Source of the DNA: an uncultured Candidatus Binatia bacterium
GTDB taxonomy: Bacteria; Desulfobacterota; Binatia; Bin18
Direction of reading: 5' to 3'
Assembly: GCA_965232605.1 (NCBI GenBank)
Contig: CBDDQA010000006.1
Location: forward strand, 318,556 to 382,555
Length of the DNA stretch: 64,000 nt
Part shown: one piece after another, positions 56,424 through 64,000 of the stretch
How the letters are laid out: every line of letters starts with the position of its first letter
How positions within the stretch are numbered: the first letter of the stretch is position 1
Notes under the pieces: model-generated
The model's input: the letters and a program-made list of their open reading frames with translations, nothing else
What the model was told of the DNA's origin: nothing
Databases searched by the model: none
Made by a program: the position numbers and the translations under genes

Positions 56424-57848
56424 ATGGCCGCCGAACTGAAACCCTACCCTGCCTATAAGGATTCCGGCGTACCGTGGCTGGGGGAGGTGCCGGCGCATTG
56501 GGAGGTGTTACCGCTTTGCTCTGTTGCTACGCCTAAGTCCGTTACAGGCCAACAGCACCGTGAGCTACTGTCGGTGTACCTGGACCGAGGTGTTATTCGT
56601 TTTTCTGAGGTCGAAGAGAAGCGTACAAACGTGACGAGCGAAGATCTGTCTAAATATCAAGCCGTCGATCCTGGTGATTTCGTCCTGAACAATCAGCAAG
56701 CCTGGCGCGGCTCTGTTGGAGTGTCCAACCTTTCCGGGATCGTTAGTCCCGCTTACCTAGTGCTTTCGTTGAGTCCGAGGCTTCATACTGGTTTCGCAAA
56801 CCTCCTCTTCCGAGAACGGGTAATGGTTACCCAATATCTCGTCTGCTCACGAGGTGTTGGTTCTATCCAAAGGAATCTCTACTGGCCACATCTCAAAAGG
56901 ATAGCATTTCCTGTCCCACCCCTCCCAGAACAAACCGCCATCGTCCGCTTCCTTGACCACGCCGACCGACGTATCCAGCGCTACATCCGCGCGAAGGAGA
57001 AGCTGATTGCGCTGCTGGAGGAGCAGAAGCAGGCCATCATCCACCAGGCCGTCACCGGCCAGCTCGACGTCCGCACCGGCCAGCCCTACCCGGCCTACAA
57101 GCCCTCCGGCGTGGAGTGGCTGGGAGAGGTGCCGGCGCACTGGGACCTACGACCGGCAAAATGGTACTTCCGAGAAGTAGATGAGCGTTCTGAAACTGGC
57201 TTGGAGGAACTGCTATCCGTGTCTCACATTACCGGAGTGACGCCACGAAGTGAGAAGAATGTCACGATGTTTAAGGCGGAATCGAACGTCGGACACAAAC
57301 TGTGTAAGCCCGGCGATCTTGTCATCAATACGATGTGGGCCTGGATGGCCGCCCTGGGCGTTTCCAGACAGGCCGGGATAATCAGCCCATCGTATGCTGT
57401 CTACCGGCCACACTCTTCTTCGAGACTGTTTGGCGACTACGCTGACCTCTTGCTGCGTACAACAACATACAAGAACGAATATATCTGCCGATCAACGGGT
57501 ATCCGCTCGTCGCGACTGAGGCTGTACCCGGAGGAATTCCTCCGTATCAAGTTGCTATGCCCTCCACTTGAAGAACAGCATGCTATTGTCGAGTTCGTAA
57601 GCAAAGAATCGACGAACGCACGGCGTTCTATTGATATCACGCACAGCCAAATCGACCTGCTCCACGAATACCGCATCCGCCTGATCGCCGATGTGGTCAC
57701 CGGTAAGCTCGACGTGCGCGAGGCGGCGGCCGCGCTGCCCGAAGTCGATCCTCTCGCTGCCGAAGACACCCTGGACGACACCCTCGACACCGACGCCCCT
57801 ACCGGACCGATCCCACGCGATGCCGGAGTGTTGCCCGTTAGTCAATGA
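56424..57848 (+). CDS. hsdS: Type I R-M specificity subunit
   Basis: Repeated PYPAYK(D/P)SGVxWLGEVPAHW conserved regions, PPLPEQ / PPLEEQ, two TRDs, LIADVVTGKLDVR. Confidence 0.96.
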   Translation: MAAELKPYPAYKDSGVPWLGEVPAHWEVLPLCSVATPKSVTGQQHRELLSVYLDRGVIRFSEVEEKRTNVTSEDLSKYQAVDPGDFVLNNQQAWRGSVGVSNLSGIVSPAYLVLSLSPRLHTGFANLLFRERVMVTQYLVCSRGVGSIQRNLYWPHLKRIAFPVPPLPEQTAIVRFLDHADRRIQRYIRAKEKLIALLEEQKQAIIHQAVTGQLDVRTGQPYPAYKPSGVEWLGEVPAHWDLRPAKWYFREVDERSETGLEELLSVSHITGVTPRSEKNVTMFKAESNVGHKLCKPGDLVINTMWAWMAALGVSRQAGIISPSYAVYRPHSSSRLFGDYADLLLRTTTYKNEYICRSTGIRSSRLRLYPEEFLRIKLLCPPLEEQHAIVEFVSKESTNARRSIDITHSQIDLLHEYRIRLIADVVTGKLDVREAAAALPEVDPLAAEDTLDDTLDTDAPTGPIPRDAGVLPVSQ

Positions 57849-57889
57849 GACCCTATGCTGTGTGACACAGAAATTGTGAGGCTGTGCCC

Positions 57890-58081
57890 ATGAGTGGAGA
57901 AACGGAATCCGAACACCGTTATAGGAGGTTGCGCGAGGTCATTGAGAAGATCATAGCCAGCGGCGGCGGATTGCGCATGGCCGATAACCTGTCCCGTGAG
58001 GAACTATACGACCGGGACAGAGCCAGGGCTGAAGCGCAGGCAGCGGCTGCCGCCGAAGACGAAGACCTCAAGCGCGGGTGA
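57890..58081 (+). CDS. Small antitoxin (partner of PIN toxin)
   Basis: LSREELYDR motif typical of VapB-like antitoxins; stop overlaps GTG of the PIN remnant. Confidence 0.65.
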   Translation: MSGETESEHRYRRLREVIEKIIASGGGLRMADNLSREELYDRDRARAEAQAAAAAEDEDLKRG

Positions 58082-58195
58082 GCAGCGCGTGCCCTGGGCT
58101 GCGACGTAGTCTATTCCGAGGAGTTCAGCGAGGAACAGGACTACGATGGCCTTCGGGTCATAAACCCGTTCACAGACCAAGCAGACCCACAATGA
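58078..58195 (+). pseudogene. PIN-domain toxin with large internal deletion
   Basis: GTG start overlapping the antitoxin stop, then shifted frame AARALGCDVVYSEEFSEEQDYDGLRVINPFTDQADPQ*. Confidence 0.8.
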
Positions 58196-58215
58196 CCACC
58201 GACACCTCCAAACGC
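58192..58215 (+). pseudogene. Abandoned hsdR 5' end
   Basis: ATGACCACCGACACCTCCAAACGC (MTTDTSKR) vs intact hsdR ATGACCACCGATACCAGCGAACGC (MTTDTSER). Confidence 0.65.
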
Positions 58216-58266
58216 CGCTGCCGAGTCCGAGTTCGACAACGGGCAAGAACCGTCGGATGTTGAGTA

Positions 58267-58932
58267 TTGACCATGCCAATGCCCGCCGAGCCAAAGATTT
58301 ACCATATCGTCCACGTCGACCGGTTGCCCTCGGTCATTGCGGACGGCTTCCTCTGGTGCGACGCAGAGGTTGTTCAACGCTTACCATCTGGCACCACAAT
58401 CGGTATGAACAATATCAAGCAGCGGCGGCTGACCGAACTCACGCTCACCAGTCATCCAGGTCTCTATGTTGGTCAGTGCGTGCCGTTCTACTTCTGCCCG
58501 CGGTCCGTCATGCTCTACATGCTCCATATGGCGAATCATCCTGAATTGGCCTATCGCGGTGGGCAGAAACTCATTGTTCATCTGGAGGCGGATTTATTCC
58601 AGACCGTTGCTTGGGCGGAGGAATACGAACAACGGTGGGCCTTCACGTTGTCGAACGCTGGAGCCCGCTACTTTAAGGATCGCTCCGACTTGTCCCAACT
58701 GGGCGAGATCGCTTGGGACGCCGTACAGAGTGATCGCTGGTCCGGCCGGGGGATCTCTTCATCGGTAAAGGAGGGCAAACAGGCAGAATTCCTGGTCGAA
58801 CATCGTTTCCCTTGGAAGCTGGTCTCGCGCATCGGCGTGTATTCACATCCAGCCTACGGCCGCGCCTGCGCAGCCCTTGAAACCGCCGCGCATAAACCAC
58901 CTGCCGAAATCAAGCGCAACTGGTATTATTGA
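58267..58932 (+). CDS. darT: DarT (DUF4433) ssDNA ADP-ribosyltransferase toxin
   Basis: IYHIVHVDRLPSV, CVPFYFCPRSVMLY, WAFTLSNAGA, catalytic KQAEFLV; overlaps darG. Confidence 0.92.
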   Translation: MTMPMPAEPKIYHIVHVDRLPSVIADGFLWCDAEVVQRLPSGTTIGMNNIKQRRLTELTLTSHPGLYVGQCVPFYFCPRSVMLYMLHMANHPELAYRGGQKLIVHLEADLFQTVAWAEEYEQRWAFTLSNAGARYFKDRSDLSQLGEIAWDAVQSDRWSGRGISSSVKEGKQAEFLVEHRFPWKLVSRIGVYSHPAYGRACAALETAAHKPPAEIKRNWYY

Positions 58933-58949
58933 CGGAAAGGAGGGCCGTC

Positions 58950-60008
58950 ATGATCGAATACAAGACGGGCGACATCATCGCCGAAGACGCCGAAGCGTTG
59001 GTCAATACCGTCAACTGTGTCGGTGTCATGGGCCGTGGCATCGCGCTTCAGTTCAAGAAAGCCTTCCCCGAGAACTTCAAATCTTATGCTGCCGCGTGCA
59101 AGCGAAATGAGGTACAGCCGGGTCGTATGTTTGTCTTCGAGACCGGCCAGATGTATCCGCGGTACATCATAAATTTTCCGACTAAGCGCCACTGGCGAGG
59201 CAAGAGTCGAATGGAGGATATTGATGCTGGTCTTACCGCCCTGGCGGAGGAAATCCGGGCTCTCAACATCCGGTCGATTGCTCTCCCGCCGCTTGGGAGT
59301 GGCCTCGGGGGGTTGGCTTGGTCTGAAGTATGTCCACGTATCGAGTCGATGCTGCGAGGGTTTAATGATTTGAAGGTCGTGTTGTTCAAGCCAGGGGGCG
59401 GGCCGACAGACAAGCGGATCAACCATTCCAGTGACGTGCCCAAGATGACAGCGGGACGGGCGGTGCTGGTTGGGCTTATCGATTGCTATCTTCGTGGCTT
59501 GCTGGACCCGTTTGTGACGTTGTTGGAAGTACACAAGCTTCTGTATTTCATGCAGGAATCCGGCGAGCGCTTGCGACTCAAGTATCAAAAAGCGCCTCAT
59601 GGTCCCTACGCAGAGAATTTGCGCCATGTGCTGCACAAGGTTGAGGGACACTTCATCTCTGGCTACGCCGATGGCGGCGATACTCCCGGTAAGCAGCTTG
59701 AACTTGTGCCCGGCGCAATCGAGGACGCGAACGTCTTTCTTGAGAGTCACCCGAAAACGCGCGAGCGTTTCAACAAAGTTACCGACCTAGTCGAAGGCTT
59801 TGAGTCGTCGTTCGGCCTGGAACTGTTGTCCACGGTTCACTGGGTCGTCAGTAAGGAGCAGGGCAAAACTATAAGTGATGTCGTTCGGCAAATCTACGCC
59901 TGGAACGAGGGAAAGAAGAAGTTTTCCCGGCGCCAGATCAGACTTGCGCTTGATGTCCTGTCGGAGAAGGACTGGATCGATTCAGGCGCTTTGCACGCTG
60001 GCTCATGA
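58950..60008 (+). CDS. darG: DarG macrodomain antitoxin (DNA ADP-ribosylglycohydrolase)
   Basis: GDIIAEDAEALVNTVNCVGVMGRGIALQFK, IINFPTKRHWR, PPLGSGLGGL; C-terminal GPYAENLRHVL...FGLELLSTVHW. Confidence 0.93.
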   Translation: MIEYKTGDIIAEDAEALVNTVNCVGVMGRGIALQFKKAFPENFKSYAAACKRNEVQPGRMFVFETGQMYPRYIINFPTKRHWRGKSRMEDIDAGLTALAEEIRALNIRSIALPPLGSGLGGLAWSEVCPRIESMLRGFNDLKVVLFKPGGGPTDKRINHSSDVPKMTAGRAVLVGLIDCYLRGLLDPFVTLLEVHKLLYFMQESGERLRLKYQKAPHGPYAENLRHVLHKVEGHFISGYADGGDTPGKQLELVPGAIEDANVFLESHPKTRERFNKVTDLVEGFESSFGLELLSTVHWVVSKEQGKTISDVVRQIYAWNEGKKKFSRRQIRLALDVLSEKDWIDSGALHAGS

Positions 60009-63000
60009 CCACCGATACCAGCGAACGCGGCCTCGAACGCCTGATCTGCACCGCGCTGGCCGGCCATCCCTGCGAGCCGCCCACGACGGGCACGGTGGCC
60101 GAACCGCCTGCGGGCTACGGCGGCGTGGGCTGGAGCGGCGGCAACTTCCACGACTACGACCGCGCGTATTGCGTCGATCTGGTCCAGCTCCGCGCCTTTC
60201 TGCGCACGACCCAGCCCAAGGCGGCGGACTCGCTGGGTCTGTCCGAGGACGGCCCGACGCGGCGCAAATTCCTGGCCCGTCTCCAGGGCGAGATTGCCAA
60301 GCGCGGCACTATCGACGTGCTGCGCCACGGCATCGACCACGGGCCGCACCACCTGGACCTGTTCTACGGTACGCCTTCACCGGGGAATGAGAAGGCCCGG
60401 GAACGCTTCGAGCAGAACCGCTTCACCGTTACCCGCCAGTTACGCTACAGCCGCGACGAAACCCAGCGGGCGCTGGACCTCGGGCTGTTCATCAACGGCC
60501 TGCCGGTCTTCACCTTCGAGATCAAGAACAGCCTGACCAAACAGACCGTGGACGATGCGGTCTGGCAGTACAAGAAAGACCGCAACCCGCGCGAGAAGCT
60601 GTTCGCGTTCGGCCGCTGCGTGGCCCACTTTGCCGTGGACGAGAGCGAAGTGCGCTTCTGTACCCACCTCCAGGGCAAGTCCTCATGGTTCCTGCCCTTT
60701 AACCGGGGCTGGAACGATGGCGCGGGCAACCCGCCCAACCCCAACGGACTCAAGGCCGACTACCTGTGGCGCGCAGTGCTGACCCGCGCAAGCCTGACCA
60801 ACATCCTGGAGAATTATGCCCAGGTGGTGGAGTCCAAGGACGAGAAGACAGGCAAAAAGAAGAAGACCCAGGTCTGGCCGCGTTATCACCAGCTCGACGT
60901 GGTGCGGAGGCTGCTGGAAGACGCCGGGACGCGCGGAGTGGGCCAGCGCTATTTAATCCAGCACTCGGCCGGCAGCGGCAAGAGCAACTCCATTGCCTGG
61001 CTGGCGCATCAACTGATCGGGCTGGCAAAAGACGACAGCCCGGTCTTCGATTCGATCATCGTGGTCACCGACCGACGGATTCTCGACGAGCAGATTCGCG
61101 ACACCATCAAACAGTACGCCCAGGTCGGTGCGACGCTCGGGCATGCCGAGCACTCGGGCGACCTGCGCCGCTTTATCGAGTCCGGCAAGAAGATCATCAT
61201 CTCGACCGTGCAGAAGTTCCCCTTCATCCTCGACGAGATCGGCGACGAACAGCGCGGGCGGCGCTTCGCCATCATCATCGACGAGGCCCACTCCAGCCAG
61301 GGCGGCCGCACCAGCGCAGCCGTGGCCCAGGCGCTGTCCCAGGCCGGTGAGGAGGGTGAGGAGGAGACCTACGAGGATCAGATCAACCGCCTCATGGAGT
61401 CGCGCAAGCTGCTCCCCAACGCCAGCTACTTTGCCTTTACGGCCACACCCAAGAACAAGACCCTGGAAATTTTCGGCACCCCGGACCCCCAGGCCGACGG
61501 CACGGTCAAGCATCACGCCTTCCACACCTATTCCATGAAGCAGGCCATCCAGGAGGGCTTTATCCTGGACGTGCTGGCCCACTACACGCCGGTGAACAGC
61601 TATTACAAGCTGGCCAAGATCGTGGAAGACGACCCCCAGTTCGATACCAAGAAGGCCCAGCAAAAGCTGCGGCGCTTTGTCGAGAGCCACGACCACGCCA
61701 TCCGTCTCAAGGCCGAGATCATGGTCGATCACTTCCACGAGCAGGTCCTGGCCCAGAACAAGATCGGCGGCGCAGCCCGGGCGATGGTCGTCACCAACGG
61801 TATTGAGCGGGCCATCCAGTACTTTCACGCCATCCGCGACTATTTGCAGGAACGTAAGAGCTACTACCGGGCCATCGTGGCCTTCTCCGGCGAGCCCGAG
61901 TTCAACGGAGCCAAGGTCAGCGAGGCGGCGCTGAACGGCTTTCCGTCCGCCAAAATCGCCGAGAAGATACAGGAAGACCCCTACCGTTTCCTGGTCTGCG
62001 CGGACAAGTTTCAGACCGGCTATGACGAGCCCCTGCTGCACACCATGTACGTGGACAAGACGCTCGCGGGCGTCAAGGCGGTGCAGACCCTGTCGCGCCT
62101 CAACCGGGCGCATCCCAAGAAGCATGACGTCTTTGTGCTGGACTTTCTGAACAAGACCGAGATTATTCGTGATTCCTTTGCCAGCTTCTATCGGGCGACA
62201 ATTCTGGCCGACGAGACCGACCCCAACAAACTGCACGACCTCCAGGCCGACCTCGACGGCGCCCAGGTCTATGCCCCCGAGCAGATCGACGACTTTGTAT
62301 CGCGCTACCTGGGCGGAGCCGAACGCGACCGGCTCGACCCCATTCTCGATCAATGCGTGGCGGTCTATCGGCACGATCTGGACGAAGACGGACAGGTGGC
62401 CTTCAAGGGCAAGGCCAAGGGCTTTGTGCGGACCTATGCCTTCCTGTCGTCAATCCTGCCCTATACCAACCCGGCCTGGGAGAAGCGCTCGATCTTCCTG
62501 AATTTCCTGGTCTCCAAGCTGCCCTCTCCTCGGGAGGAGGACCTGTCCAAGGGGATTCTCGACGCTATTGATATGGACAGCTACCGGGCCGAGAAGCGGG
62601 CCATGCAGCAGATTGTGCTGCCCGACGAGGACGCCGAGATCGAGCCGGTCCCGACCACTGGCGGCGGCCACGTGCCCGGACCAGAGTTGGACCGGCTGTC
62701 GAATATCCTGCGGGCCTTCAACGATCTGTTCGGCGACATCGACTGGGACGACGCCGACCGCGTGCGGCAGCTCATTACTGAGACCATTCCTGCCAGGGTG
62801 GCCGAGGATACGGCCTTCAAGAACGCCCAGCACAACTCGGACCGGGAGAACGCCCGCATCGAGCACGACAAGGCGCTGCTGCGGGTCATGACCTCGGTGA
62901 TGAAGGACGACACCGAGCTGTTCAAGCAGTTCATGGACAACCAGAGCTTCAAGCGCTGGCTGACCGATACGGTGTTCGGGCTTGCCTCCGAGCAGGCCGG

Positions 63001-63010
63001 CACCAGGTGA
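60005..63010 (+). CDS. hsdR: Type I restriction endonuclease subunit R
   Basis: LDLGLFINGLPVFTFEIKN, QHSAGSGKS (Walker A), IIIDEAHSSQ, FTATPK, KFQTGYDEP, QTLSRLNR. Confidence 0.97.
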   Translation: MTTDTSERGLERLICTALAGHPCEPPTTGTVAEPPAGYGGVGWSGGNFHDYDRAYCVDLVQLRAFLRTTQPKAADSLGLSEDGPTRRKFLARLQGEIAKRGTIDVLRHGIDHGPHHLDLFYGTPSPGNEKARERFEQNRFTVTRQLRYSRDETQRALDLGLFINGLPVFTFEIKNSLTKQTVDDAVWQYKKDRNPREKLFAFGRCVAHFAVDESEVRFCTHLQGKSSWFLPFNRGWNDGAGNPPNPNGLKADYLWRAVLTRASLTNILENYAQVVESKDEKTGKKKKTQVWPRYHQLDVVRRLLEDAGTRGVGQRYLIQHSAGSGKSNSIAWLAHQLIGLAKDDSPVFDSIIVVTDRRILDEQIRDTIKQYAQVGATLGHAEHSGDLRRFIESGKKIIISTVQKFPFILDEIGDEQRGRRFAIIIDEAHSSQGGRTSAAVAQALSQAGEEGEEETYEDQINRLMESRKLLPNASYFAFTATPKNKTLEIFGTPDPQADGTVKHHAFHTYSMKQAIQEGFILDVLAHYTPVNSYYKLAKIVEDDPQFDTKKAQQKLRRFVESHDHAIRLKAEIMVDHFHEQVLAQNKIGGAARAMVVTNGIERAIQYFHAIRDYLQERKSYYRAIVAFSGEPEFNGAKVSEAALNGFPSAKIAEKIQEDPYRFLVCADKFQTGYDEPLLHTMYVDKTLAGVKAVQTLSRLNRAHPKKHDVFVLDFLNKTEIIRDSFASFYRATILADETDPNKLHDLQADLDGAQVYAPEQIDDFVSRYLGGAERDRLDPILDQCVAVYRHDLDEDGQVAFKGKAKGFVRTYAFLSSILPYTNPAWEKRSIFLNFLVSKLPSPREEDLSKGILDAIDMDSYRAEKRAMQQIVLPDEDAEIEPVPTTGGGHVPGPELDRLSNILRAFNDLFGDIDWDDADRVRQLITETIPARVAEDTAFKNAQHNSDRENARIEHDKALLRVMTSVMKDDTELFKQFMDNQSFKRWLTDTVFGLASEQAGTR

Positions 63011-63047
63011 GGCACTCGGTGTGACGGCCCAATAACCCGACAGAACC

Positions 63048-63824
63048 TTAAAAGTCCATCGGCAGCCGTAAGTGGTCGTGATAGATTCGGTCGCGGTACT
63101 CCAAGAGCTGGGGAGACAGCGCCTCGGCCACCACGGGATCGGTGTTCACGAACATGGCCCGCAGGGCCGCATCCATCGGACATAGTTCGGGCGGCAGGGG
63201 CGCGACGAATACGGCAAAGGTGGACCAGTAGATGTCCAGGGCCGACAGGCTGTCCCCGATCAGATACCGGCGGCCGTGGGCCTGCTGTTCGGCCAGGCGC
63301 GCACCCAAGGCCCGCAGGGTCTGGGCGACGTGCTGAGGGGCGGCTGCGACCGAGGCCGGGCTATAACCGTACTTGCCGCCCAGATAGGACGCATAGGCCC
63401 TGCCCTGTTCGCCCACTTCGGGGTTGGACAAGAGGCCGTGGACAAACATGATCCGGCGGAACCAGCCAAAACCGGTCTCCCCACACAACTCGTTACACAG
63501 CCCGAACATGAGGATGCGCTCGGTCTCATCCTCCGGCATGAGCGAGGGCTGGGGGGCGAGCCGCTCGACCAGATAGAGTTGTTCATTCCAGGTGGTGCGC
63601 GGCCGTTCCTCATTCCAGACGGCGACGGGCGCGCTGCTCTGACGGGTCCAGTCCTGCAAGGCGGCATCGTGCCCGGCCGCTTTGCCGACCAGCGTAAACG
63701 GCAGGTTCTTGATGTGACACATACCTTTGAGCCCCTCGGCCCAGGGGTTGGGGCGGCCCGGAGGGGCAACAATCCGTAATCCGTCCAGGGTTTTGGCTTG
63801 CTCAATGTCGATATAGTCTGCCAT
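63048..63824 (-). CDS. Glutathione S-transferase-like protein
   Basis: PNPWAE, APVAVWN, YLIGDSLSALDIYW; AGGAGG RBS region upstream. Confidence 0.7.
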   Translation of the reverse strand: MADYIDIEQAKTLDGLRIVAPPGRPNPWAEGLKGMCHIKNLPFTLVGKAAGHDAALQDWTRQSSAPVAVWNEERPRTTWNEQLYLVERLAPQPSLMPEDETERILMFGLCNELCGETGFGWFRRIMFVHGLLSNPEVGEQGRAYASYLGGKYGYSPASVAAAPQHVAQTLRALGARLAEQQAHGRRYLIGDSLSALDIYWSTFAVFVAPLPPELCPMDAALRAMFVNTDPVVAEALSPQLLEYRDRIYHDHLRLPMDF

Positions 63825-64000
63825 GCGGTCTTCCTCCTCGGTGTTCACGCTGTCGAGCCTTTAGAGCAGGAAATGGACAAGAGGACAACTCACGGCTCGT
63901 GTCGGATGACGCTGTGCTCATCCGATCGAGCAGATATCACTATCAGTTATTGTTTGACATCGCCTATCGCTTCCGGTACACGAAGTCGGCAGCAACGCTG

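Overview
GC-rich bacterial window with about 55 protein-coding genes, no recognisable rRNA, tRNA or CRISPR array. Most of it is an accessory catabolic/redox region: eight luciferase-like monooxygenase (LLM) genes, three CmcJ/NvfI-like oxidoreductases (two are near-duplicates), two amidohydrolases, two Rieske alpha subunits, a BVMO, a P450-ferredoxin-thiolase-OB-fold-NTF2 operon, a BisC-like molybdoenzyme, an orphan COX3/COX4-like triad and ilvD. The right end (53.4-63.0 kb) is a type I R-M locus interleaved with four toxin-antitoxin modules (BrnTA and DarTG intact; HicA and PIN toxins reduced to fragments). Three things are not visible in the ORF track. (1) A GrdB/PrdB-family selenoprotein is split by an in-frame UGA (U-P-L-C) with a SECIS-like hairpin; it sits between two LLM genes with no Grd/Prd partner. 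(2) A 2,073-bp transposase-less IS1595-like cassette has 25-bp imperfect TIRs and an 8-bp TSD; it carries a secreted HEXXH metallopeptidase and a small outward-facing YQPxKAE ORF at each end, and it splits a palindromic repeat. (3) Many short gene remnants (SDR, P450, IS6, IS4-like, ACAD 3' end, flavoprotein 5' end, PIN, HicA, hsdR start) point to a deletion-prone mosaic region or to assembly joins. All family assignments come from motif recognition by eye; no database search was run.
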